This document shows positions 52,201-64,000 of a stretch of DNA of 64,000 nt, piece by piece (the first letter of the stretch is position 1; every line of letters starts with the position of its first letter). Source of the stretch: Chrysomallon squamiferum (Eukaryota; Animalia; Mollusca); the NCBI GenBank assembly GCA_012295275.1, contig CM022679.1, positions 23,498,001 through 23,562,000 of the forward strand. Direction: 5' to 3'. The notes beneath the pieces were generated by a model, which was not told where the DNA came from, did no database searches, and was given only the letters and a program-made list of their open reading frames with translations. A program made the position numbers and the translations under genes.

Positions 52201-55200
52201 TACTTTGTATGTAATAAAAATACAAGTCTTTTCCTTACTAAGTATATTTTAGGAGTTGAACTTTTGAATCAACATTTGATCAGGGATCATTTATTTAGTC
52301 ATTAATGTTGAATAACACTTTCAATATACATAGTAAAATCGTGGTGAGTATCTGGTATTAAACTCCATAGTTTTGTGTCATATCTAAATGTTCTTGATGG
52401 TATTTTATAATTAATATTTTCAGATAGAGAAACTGGACTTGCCATATGACAAAGTAAAGGATCAGAGGCGTGCATTCTGTTTTGTTGAATTTGAATGTGA
52501 AGAGGCAGTTAAAAATATTCTCGCTAAAGAAGCACACAAAATTGGTGGACAGGAGGTAACCACAAGACCTTTTTAATCTGCTTCCCTTTTTTTTTTTTTT
52601 TTTCTTTCTCTAACTGAATTTTTATAAACATATACAATTTTAAAATCCTATTCAAAATTTCCTAGACATTTTTCTGTTTTCCAGATTTCTATGTTACAGG
52701 TAAAATTCAGAGAACTTCATTTCATCTATTCATCCATGGTTTCATTTAAAAAAAATTGTAAAAAGAAAACTAATACATGGATTTATTTTTTACATAACTG
52801 ATCACTAATTGTAAATTATAAAAATTTGCAATCATGAATTTGGTAAATTGGAAAAACAACAAACAAAACAAACTGGCATCATCTAACAATAATAAAAGAT
52901 AATGGGTACCAAAAAAAAAAAAAATTTACAAAATACTTGCGTGAAGATGTTTGACTTCATTCTGTTCCCCTTTCCTGCAGGCCATGGAAGTGGTGGGACA
53001 GAGGAGCCGAAATAATGCCAGACTGAGGTTCATTGCCAGAGGTACCTCCGCATGTGGCTAATGTATTGATAAATGTAAACTAACTTTTAACAACTTTATC
53101 AAGTTTACATTTATCCTCAAGTAAATTATGTTATAGGTTTCACGAGTTTTTTTAACAACCCATCATTGAAGTAAGTGTAATGCAAAATGTTTCTAATACC
53201 TTCTATTCTATTTTAATTTCTTTTCTACAGCGTAACTGGGTTTTGGTTCTTGGATAAATCTGCCCTCGTGTTCAGCAACAGATAAGCAATATTTATTGCT
53301 GTCATCGATCCTTTCCAATGATGGGGGAAAAAATTATAAAAATAACTAAAAAAAATCTATACCACTATTTCAAATGTGTAATAGTGGATAGCCATTTATT
53401 TACATTTCATGAATATTAAAATTATTTCAACTTTTTCCTTTGCATGAAAGGTTGACATCAAGAAGGCAACGCCAACTGGACAAGGAGCACGTGGTGGTGG
53501 CCGTGGTCGAGGTTGGGGTCCTGGCTATGGTTATGGCGGACGAGGTGGTGGCAGAGGTATGTTGTATCAGTTAACTCTTAACTATTAATTTTGTGGACAA
53601 ATGATCGAAAATGCAAAATTCAGAATGTATGTGTTTATACATGGCATATTCTAAAGATGACAAAAATAATTCAGATTTCTGCAAACACTTTACACATCAG
53701 TAGCACTGTTGCTTATACATGTGATTAAAACAGTTATAATATAATTTTTATTTATTTATAGGTGGTTGGGGATCTGGATGGGGTGGCCAAGGAGGCTGGA
53801 ACCAAGGTTACAATGGGTATGGAGGCTATGGTGGATATGGAGGTGGTGGATATGATGGGTATGGATATGGTTATCAAGGATACAACCAAGGATATGGCGG
53901 AGGATGGGGATATGATCAAGGTTACGGAGGATACGGAAACTATGGAGGATATGGTATGTAACAATTAAATTTATTCATAACATTTTTTGTTTCCTGAAGC
54001 TGTATGAAATATAAGTTGATAAAGTGCTTGATGAAATGTGCAATGCAGTGAATGAAGGCAAACATTACAAACAAATTAATCAGTGACACTAAGAAATTTT
54101 AAATATTTTGCATTTTCATTTATTGATCAAATTCTACAATGTTTTGTTAGTATTTCAAAACAAAATATTTTTCTACTGCATTCTAAAATGCTTTGCATAT
54201 TACATCAGCACTTAAAATTGTATTTGAAAGTTTGTAATTGTGTGGAGACATGCTTAAGATGCTGAAAGAAGAAAAAAATAACCTTGGCTAGAATAATGCA
54301 TGATAAGTAAATGTTTTCATGTTAAACGGTTCAGTGTATAATTCTTCAATGATGTTACTGCAGATAGCCTATTAATGTTAAATTTTATTTTAAAATAGTA
54401 AAATGGAATAAATACATATTTATTCAGAATTGAATGTTTCAGTAGCTAGAGCTACATGTAAGATGCAGGTTTTAGAGGTAGTTGGACAAAACTTTTTCAC
54501 CTGTGCATGAAAAGTTCACGTTAGTGTGTATTGATTAAAATATGTAATGGATGTCAAAAAGTTGGCACAAAATCTTTTACCACTGATTCTTGATGTTGGT
54601 CATCCACTACCAAGTTTTATTTGAAAACTAGGTTGACAGATTTAGTTTAGCATGCATGGAGACCTATTAGGTGCCTTTGTATTTTTTTGTATTTTTTTTT
54701 GCTTAAATGTGTGCATTGTCATTTTGCAGTTTAAAATGAAAATTAACATATGATTGTCTTTTAAAAAAAACAATAGTTCTGCTAAAGAACAGTATTTTTT
54801 AAATAAATTTTCGGCTTTTATTATGGAATTGTATTGTTCATTGTGAACAAACACTGAAAGGTTATTGTACATTCTGAATCATACATTTTGTTAGATCACA
54901 CAATACTTGCAATTTTCTTTTTATCGAATTAGTATACTGGAACAAGTAAAAACAATATGAAAACGGTTTTGAAAGAAATATCCATTTTAAGTTTACAAAA
55001 CTGAAATTAGAATCTAATGAGAAAAAAATCTATTAATTTCCTGCTCACAGAATAACTAAAAATAAAGCTTGTATGTATGTAGCTTAAGTTTAAGGCATGA
55101 GTTTTTAAGAAACAAAATTACACTATTTACATGATACTGAAGTAAAATATATACAAGATGATATTTTACTATTACAATAATTACTGCAGTAAGTTCTGTT

Positions 55201-56612
55201 CATGGGACTAATTTGATAAAGATCCATTTTAAACAAACCATCTTTTATTTATTTAATTTTTTTTTTTTTTTTTTTTTTAGTAATGACAGTGCCCATCTGA
55301 TTTCACATAAAAGAAATCCAATTATTTTATCAGTACAGATAAATTTGGGACATTACCATTATGTGGAATTGTTGTGTAAACATAAATTAATTAAATGTTG
55401 TCCAAAATGTATTGTTTGATGGGTTTCCAAAGAGCTGAACTGTTCAAATGCAATTGGTAGATGCTAGAAAGCTTTTTGGCTCCCGTACTATGCAGTAATT
55501 CCGGTTTTCTGTAATTTTGAAGGTGATTACGGTGGCTGGGGCTATGGACAGGACCAAGGTGAGTTGACTCTAACCACTTGGCCCTTAGCAGGCCATGTCT
55601 TTTCAGTGGTGTGATGTGAGCTTTTCAAGTTTCCTTAGTTTTCACATGCACTTAATTTAATATTTTAGTTTTAATGTTATTATTTTTAAATGTGTAACTG
55701 AAATAGATGCTACAATATAGGAATTCTTGTCTATTAACCCTAAATTATTCTATTAAATTGTCTTATTTATATTCATTACAAGCTAGTTTTTGAGGATATT
55801 GATCGGCGTCACTCTTTTAGAAAGCTTGCAATTTTATTTTTGTATTGCATGCTGTTCACCATACTATTGTGAAAATCTGATGGGCATTGAATTTGGGTAA
55901 TGACATCTGGACTTGAGTAAAATTCTGTATATGCCAATTACCTCTGTTTAGTACATGGGCATGTTATGTTACCTAACCTTTTTAAGTGTTGTTGCCGCTT
56001 TCTTTTAACTTCTGAAAATCCTGCATGTAATGATTTAGTTATTTCATATAATTGTAAAACTTGTTGTCCTATACAAGATGTGTTCTGCATCACTGTGATA
56101 AATTTTGAGGTTTAATTATTTTTAAATTATTTTTTTAATTGCTGGAATAAGTTGTGAATTTCATAGATTAATTCCTATAAGTTGATAGTTTGAAACTGGA
56201 ATAGATGTGAGTGTTATTCCTGAAATTTATTCTGAATGTTTTTCTTAAGGGAGGTATTAGGAAATGTATAGTATATGCTTTGCTATAAACATTTGAATTC
56301 TGATGAAACCAGCAATTGGTTGGTTAAATATTAAAATTTAGAATTGTTAATCAATAAGAAGGGCTGCTATAAAACAATTAACTGCAATTAATGGAACAGA
56401 ACAAATTTAAAGATGTGAGTAATGCTAAGTGTAATTGTGTTTGCAGTGTTGCTATGCTTTTAGTAATGGCTGTGTATGTAATATTCAGTTAGGCTAAATT
56501 GTTAATGCTTTCACAAAATGGACTATTTATCTTTTCATCAGGCGGGCAACAAGGTGGTTATGGAAAGGCACCAAAGCGAGGGGGTGGGGGCTACCACCCA
56601 TACAGTCGATGA
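49218..56612 (+). CDS. hnRNP A/B/D-family (squid/hrp40-like) RNA-binding protein, ~335 aa, 9 coding exons
   Basis: Exons 49218-49366, 51017-51057, 51272-51399, 51852-52004, 52424-52555, 53451-53556, 53762-53953, 55523-55558, 56542-56612. Acidic N-terminus, two RRMs ([22 protein letters not shown]; [17 protein letters not shown]), RGG/GY-rich tail, PY-NLS-like end [17 protein letters not shown]. Confidence 0.93.
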
Positions 56613-56906
56613 AAAGCAGATGAACTTAAAAAAAAAAAAATTTTCATGGTAGGTTTTCTTTCCAGTAGATATAGACCTAAAAATTTGCAGTGTTTATTTT
56701 TTTTTTAATATATATTTATTTTGATGTTTTCATTGTAAATGTATTCATATTTTTGGTCATGCTATGGAAACCAAAACACAATAGAAATTTATAATTTGTA
56801 AATAAGCAGCTCTTCTAAAATTAGTCCAAAAACGAAAACAAAAAGTCAAAAAAAAAACAAAAAAAAAAAAAAAACTTTGGTAAAAAGATCTTATCTTTTT
56901 TCACAG

Positions 56907-57070
56907 GGTCTCACCAGTCACCTTAAAGCAGTCATCGTGAACGTGTGTATCATAGCAGTCATTCGAGATTTTACATCATATTTCTTCATTGTCTCATCTG
57001 GACTTTCATTCCATTGTATGTGAATAGTTTTACATGTAAAATGCAATAAATGTAAATGTAATTTTTTATC
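56907..57070 (+). other. Non-coding terminal 3'UTR exon of the hnRNP gene
   Basis: Donor ATG|GTAGGT at 56649, acceptor TTATCTTTTTTCACAG| at 56906, AATAAA 57045-57050 followed by a GT/T-rich tract. Confidence 0.65.
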
Positions 57071-59207
57071 GGATTTGTTGTTTTTTAATTTGTAAATGAA
57101 AATTTAATTCAATCAAGAGCTGCATTCATTCGAATTTTCACTGTCAATTTTTAGGAGTTTACTGGAAAAGATTGTATGGGTGGTAAATCGGCTTGAAATA
57201 TGTTTACTAAACAGTTTGCTTTCATTTTTCAAAAACAGGAAAATAACGAGTTCTTTTTCTTCTAGGCCTCGTCAAAGAATAAAATCTTTCATGGTACTTG
57301 AAACTAGTATATTTGACCATGAAAAAATCATTGGAACAAAACCTAAATAGGATTCCTAACCACCAATGTGTGCTTAGCTTACTTGATGTTTGCATAACAT
57401 CAGATAGCTTAGTTTAATAGGAATTGATCTATGCTAGCCAATGCGAATTATGTTTGTATGGTTGAAATGCATCCTAAAGCTTAGTATCAAGGAGCCAAAA
57501 GATAGACCAGTGCAAGTATTTTAAAAAAGACAAAATATACTTTTAGGTATTCGGTCATTGATAAAATTATTTGAGGAAATGATTAGGGGCTATGATTTCT
57601 CCTTTCATCATTTAGTATTGAAAGACTGGAAAAATTGTACTTCTTGCTTTTCACAAATGTATTAGACTATTGGTGGAACATTCATGTTTTACTTTATCTG
57701 GGTAGTATAAATTTGCCTTACCTTTTGATATCATAGGTCATCCAAAGGGTTTATCTTGATATTTAAAAATATTACCAATTTATCTGATCATGTTGGAGAA
57801 ATTAAGTAAAAAAATAGCTGTTTTGTTTTAAACATTAGGGTAGCTGAGAAATGCTTTGTTAATCCAGTGTTTTAAACATTTTAAACAAATTTCTAGAATA
57901 TTGCAGAAATGGATGACTTGATATTTGCTGGTACCTATTAAGATCTGATGCATTAAAAGTAAATGTAGAAATATAAAAAAAAACTGAACATTCATTAAAA
58001 ACTTCCGGTATGTTTCTAAAATTTGCTTAACATTGCCTCTGTCAGTTTGCAAGGATGCAAATTAAAATGAAACAAATATTTATTGCACTTCAATTACTTG
58101 GGCTAATTAACATTATTTATTGTCTGTACTTTGAAAATACATCAATATTTTGCAGTATCCAGTAAAAAAAAAAAAAATTGAGCCAGAAATTAAATTTTAA
58201 AAATGCTTTAAGAATTTTCTTACAAGATCAAAACAGTCGGAGGGTTTTCCATCAAAACATTCACTTAATTTATATCCACACTATTCTACAGTGATGATAC
58301 CAAACAAAAACATCCACAACTACAGAAAATGCACAGCTGTTGTTTTGTGAAAGATGTCAGATCTTTGAAATGATCCATTTGTTTGTTGTAAAGCAGCTAA
58401 ATCAACAACTTCAGTTTATTGATTACTGAACTTGCATAGTACTATTTTTTTCTTTTCTTTTCTTGGATAGATTTCCAAGCTGGCAGATAAATTTTTGTCC
58501 TTTCAAAATAAGTCTCTTGAAATAAAATATTATTTATGACAATATTTACACAAATATTTTAAACAAAATGGTTAATAAATATCTAGTTAATTGACGGAAA
58601 TGAATGCACACAATTGTATCTCAGATGGTCACAAAGTATGACAACAACATACTTGAAAACAAGTTAAATGCCAGCATATTACTTGTTCACCAAACATTTT
58701 AGATGGGTAGCTGTATCTTTTGACAACTGGAACAAAATTCAAAGCAAAACAATTTTAAATTACTCATTTGTTACTTTCAACCTAAATTTAGATGTTTTAA
58801 TATTTTTTTGTAATAATAATGAAGAAAATAAAACCCTCCAAAAACCCAGTAATTTATTAATAACCATAATAACAGCATTGTAAGTGTGCAGAATAATTAT
58901 ATTTAGGTTATTGTCTCATAGCACCAAATGTACATTTCATTTAACAACTGGAACATTTCTTTTGTTTTCTTGTAATAACAATAAAAAACATTCCTGAAGA
59001 TGTAATGCTGCTAGAAATGGATAAAGAAAGCAATATTGTGGAATTGTTTCAACATGGTTTTCAAAAACATATGGTATAGAAAATCTAAATAAAAGAATAT
59101 CTAGCTATTCTTGTAAGACAATACTTTAATATTACTGGTTTAAGTAAAGAATTACAAGTCAAGACCTCGAATGAATGCATGTACACAAAGTGTTCTTTTT
59201 CATATAT

Positions 59208-59247
59208 CACATCTTGAAAGCTTTCAACACATCTTGAAAGCTTTCAA
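59208..59247. repeat. Perfect 20-bp tandem duplication containing the 14-bp palindrome TTGAAAGCTTTCAA
   Basis: cacatcttgaaagctttcaa x2 seen directly. Confidence 0.9.
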
Positions 59248-61779
59248 CAAAAAAAAAAAATATGAAAGAAAATATCTTGCATGTTAGACACAAAATCGTT
59301 TTGTAGCATTGATTTGTTCAGACATAATTTTCATCATTCTATTTTGAACATTTGCCACAGGGCATTGCTAGCTTTGCTGTAATATTCTTTGAAATAAATA
59401 ATTGGTTCAAGTAAATAAAAGAAAGATGTCTGTATATATAAAAATAAATCCTATTTTCTAGATAGGAAAAAAACCCCGAAGAAAACCCCAAAACAGTCAA
59501 TTTGATAATAAATTAAAATTACCAAATTTATTGAATTTTATTTTATAATTTTTAAAAATGGTGGACACATGGATATTCTAACATTTTAAAAAAAATTGTG
59601 TGATAATTTACAGAATTAACGACTTTATTCAAACTGTACTTAAAAGGTATGAATCATGTTGGTCAGTTTTGTTAAATTTCTTATTCGAATATCAGATGTA
59701 TATATTTTTTTAATGTAATTTGCTTGACAGGTGCTTATTTCACAACCCTATAATAAAAAGAACCATGTTTGTTCATAATATTCATAATATTTAAACAAAA
59801 AGAAAATAAAAAGGAAAAAAGTAATAAAATATTTTTAAGTCCTATTCAGTAAGTTAGCTTGAATTAAAACCTAAATTACTGATTTTTTGCCTACTGTTGA
59901 CATCTATTGTAAGGTAAGGTAATACATTTGTACACAAATGATGGTTTGAATTTTTGTTTTTCCTTCAGTTTTGAACTGAGAAAATCGCATGTGGTCATGA
60001 CTTTTCAGTTTGTTTCACAGAAACCTTTAAAATTGTGTAGATATAAAGTGATAATAAAGTATCATTTTGATGTTGTGGATTTCTTTCTTACATTAAAGAT
60101 TCTAAATTCTTAATCTTTTAAAAATCTATTTGGGAAAAAAAACTTTAAACAAATAAAAAAAATCTTATTTCAATTTTACTAGATGAATTTAATTATTTTG
60201 TAATTAATGTGATTTCTTAAGTTAGTATTAATGATAGAAACAAAAAGTAATGCTTAATAAAAATGACGGCTAAATTATTTTACTGTGAAGATGACATTGT
60301 GTGATGTTGGCCCTGTAATATAATTAATAAAAAGAATAAAATAAATCATGACAAAGGTTTTTCAGTTTTAGATTACTGCAAATATTTATTAGTGATGAAT
60401 GTTTCTCTGTACATTATGGATTCCCCAAGGTATTTGTATAAAGAATAATTAGATAAAACATTTTTTTTTTTCATTGCAGAGTTAGTTAAAATTAGTGAAG
60501 AATTGTTAATGTGTAATAACAGGAAGAACAGTGTTTTGTTTCAGATGAATGCTACAATAACATGGATCTGAAAAGAATTAATTGCAGTAGTTAATTCTTT
60601 AGACTGGCCATTTTTAAATTACTGCTTGATACTCGAAGTATGGTGTCAGTGTGCAACAAACATTTTCTAATAATAGCAGTCTTCACTGTTGCTCCAGGCA
60701 ACACTGATTAGGTATAAAACAAGGATCTGAAAACAACATGGAGTCCCAAGTATTTGTTGTTTTGGATACTGCAAAAATGATGTGTTTCCTGTAAATGAAT
60801 TAATAACAAAGATATTTAAATTTGTCCATTTCAGATTACTACTAATATGACATTGTGGAGAATGTGTTGAGACAAGCGTATTCTTAAGCCTGTGAAGAGA
60901 TTATGGAAAACCAAAAGTTTTAATGAAAACACTTGTGTGAAAACTGGATGCACTGGACAAGATCCTCACTTCAGTGCAGTCGTTCCTACTACAAAGACAG
61001 TAAGCACGAAAATGGTGTTCTTGGTTTCTCAGGAGAAACTTGGAAATATATAAAACAACAATATCTTCACTCGGAGATGACAAAACATCTGGCCTTTCCA
61101 AGGACACTAACTCCTCATGTGATGTCATTCGCCACCAGAGTTTTGGATGTTTCATTTTTTTTTTAAATTTAAATCAGAAAAAAGAAAAAAGAAAAGTAGT
61201 TTAATAAATAGATATATAAATTGAAAATTAAGTAAAAGGATTTGTAAACACAAGTGTACCAGTAATATTTGATTTGTATTTTCAAGTGTAAGATTTTTTT
61301 TTTTCATTGGTTACTAACACTCATAAAAGATCCACGAATTTAATATTACTTTGCACACTGAAAGAAAAAAATATTTAAAATTTAATATAATAGATTTTAA
61401 ATAATTTTAATATAAGATATGAAAAAAAAATATTACAGTTTTTCAGTGTACCTTTATGAATTTTCTTCCCTTACCGCACACATATTTTAATTAGAATAAG
61501 GTGGCTTATATTCTGGACGTTGTACCAGAAGCAATGAAGTCAAAACAGGTGCTGTTAGCCACTGGGCCATGTCGGAGTACAGACATGTTAGGAGCAAAAT
61601 ATAATCTGGCATCCTCCTACCCAGTCTGTTGAGAACATTTTCAGGTCACAGGATTGAAATCTTGAGTCAGTTATTTCCTCAGCTGGTTTCCAAAGACAAT
61701 GCTCAAGCAAGGTGTTGCTGACAAATATGTTATTTTTTATTATTTATTTAATTTTTTTAATTCATGTTCTGTTCTTTTA

Positions 61780-61812
<33 letters not shown>

Positions 61813-64000
61813 CTCCCTCCCCATTTTAAAACAGAAACAAAATGTAGACTTTGTGCTTCCTGTTTGTTATAACCATAATTAAGGCCAACTACCATGTTGG
61901 AATTGGTGTAAATGGTTACATTACTTCCAACACGGTAATGGGCCACATTTATGTTAGCATGGTCACTTTGTCTTGTTACTCTGTTAGAGTAATTCATGAT
62001 CAATATATTCCTTCTCTTTTCCTTTTTTCTTTTTTGGGAAAAAAAGTTTAAAGTTAAGGTTTATTTTGGTCATAAATTACTATTTTCTGTGATAAAATCT
62101 GTGTGCCATGTTTAGTTCTAATCAGTCAGTAAGAAATGTCCCTTGGCTTACAAAAGATTTTAAATTGAAATAATTACCCCTTTCCAAAATATCCATAATT
62201 TTTATATCTAATTTCAAATAACAGAATATTTTAACCAATTTATTCTCAGAACTGTACTGAAAAGTGATAAGTACTAAATTTAAGCAGAAGTATATTATTT
62301 ACAAATGTTTATATATGACACTGAGTATGCTAAACTTGGTGCACAGAAAGTAATGTTTTTTTTTTTTATCTGCAGTGGTCTATGCATTTCCACAGTATGA
62401 TGTGTTCCCTCTGTATCAGATAATCATGTTTTCTTTCAAACCAAATTTTTATAAATGTTTTAAAAAGTTTTTTTCAGTTGGGGAAATAACATAATTTGTA
62501 AAATGTTCTCTGAAACAAAATTTACAAAAATCTTTTTGGAACCAATAAAACAAGACAAGATATTTTATCTAAAATAGAAATAAATTTTTGATTTGGATTG
62601 AGACTTTGTAATAAAAAAAAATATATCACTTTTAAATACTAGTAACTGAGAAAAAAGAAAAAAAAAAAAAATATATATATATATATATAAAAACAGTAGA
62701 TTTTCCATTTTGGATTATTATAAGCATTAAAGATGGCAATATAAATACAAGCATACAGAAATATCCTATATTAATTTGACAGAAAACATGAATATAATAG
62801 ATATATGATGGAAATAATTTTTTGTCCAGTTTGTAACCCTGATAGCAGTTTGCTTGCAAATGCAGGTCAGTTGCATTGTTGGTTGGGGTTTTATTCTTTT
62901 ACTTCCATTTTACTTTGTTTTCATTATTTATGTTTTTTATTTTGCAGATTTTTCTACAAAAAACAAAAAAAATTACAAAAACAAAATGCTAAATGTATTT
63001 GTAGACAAAAAATGCAATTTAAATATTTAAAGGTTAAATTTCATTTTCAAAGTTCATTATCAAAGTTAAGCATCTTTTAATGATAAAAATAAGTTTACCA
63101 AACCCAAAATTGTAAGAACACCATTTGGAAAGGTTAAGCTTAAATATTTTAAATTGATATATTCACATAAGAATTAAATATAGTTATTGGTGAAGGTTGA
63201 ATTGTTAATATTTATCATAGATACTTGTAATTTTTTTAAATTCATGATATTGTAAAGTTATTAACCCTGTGAAAGTTATAGATATAAACAAATTTTGTGG
63301 TGGTACTTTTTTCTTTCAAAATATTTGGCTTAAAAATGTTATGCCTATTCTTGTATTTTAGATTGTTCCTGAAAAAAAAAAAATTCACAAATAATTAAAA
63401 AAAAAAAAAAAAAAATGTTTCATATTGGCAGTTTTTATAGATGTGATGTAAAGGAATTGTTATATTCTATACTTTTACAGGGTTAATATTTTTTTAAGGG
63501 TTTATTTGACCCATAGAAGCTAATGGTTTTCCTACATCTCCACTATTAAATGTAAGATCAGCAACCAACAGTAAAGTCAGGCTGCATAATAATGTATTGC
63601 AATAATGTTTTGATCTTGTACACACATTCCTGTCACAATTTTTCAGTAAAGACATTTATGCATTCGTTCACTTGTTTGTTTTTAATTTTAGTTTTAACTT
63701 CTTCATTACTGAAGTGGGTATTAATGGCAAAACACTTAATTATGGTTGAAGTAGAAAGTGCCCAGGCATTTCACCAGACTGATGAAAACGATGTTCCAGT
63801 TTAAACTTGATAAAATGGTGGACAGTTAGTGGATGTTTTTTGAAATGGAGGCTGCTACAAAACCACTAATACAATGCCTTTTAAAAATAAAATAATTAAT
63901 ATTTTACTTTTCAGTTATTTAAATAACGGGAAAGAAACTGCTAACAAGTTAAGAAATAGAATTATTTTATATTTGTTTTATTTTCCTCCATTTAAGATAG

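Noticed and set aside
60901-61166. Overlapping 84-aa (-) and 77-aa (+) ORFs
   Set aside because: No recognisable homology or consistent exon boundaries.

Overview
AT-rich, microsatellite-rich animal genomic DNA with spliceosomal introns; a lophotrochozoan such as a mollusc is my guess from composition and protein sequences, not verified. Seven multi-exon or UTR-spliced protein genes could be rebuilt by hand from splice sites and phase continuity: a Canopy/saposin-like ER protein ending KEEL (+, 9198-12362), IFT70/TTC30 (-, 15235-22060), a C7orf50-like WKF protein (+, 22668-24418, one frame break), TMEM186 (-, 24561-25430), an uncharacterised ~485-aa gene (-, 29722-34531, one frame break), NPLOC4 (+, 34856-43334) and an hnRNP A/B/D (squid-like) gene (+, 49218-56612). 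Three non-autonomous DNA transposons are present (MULE/FLYWCH, Tigger/pogo-like MITE, Tc1/mariner remnant). Best leads: (1) a dense set of candidate poison exons, Rbfox motifs and 3'UTR splicing in the hnRNP gene; (2) an orphan gene sharing a near-identical X-box-like 13-mer with IFT70; (3) an orphan RFX-type promoter at 45.6 kb followed by two phase-matched mini-exons spelling KR-FRGTLSLY-GRR, a candidate amidated neuropeptide; (4) a GC3-biased small ORF at 5.1 kb that stays open past a UGA to a perfect splice donor; (5) a shared AAGGGNNNTAACTCT promoter motif. All gene models are manual, without RNA evidence or database searches.
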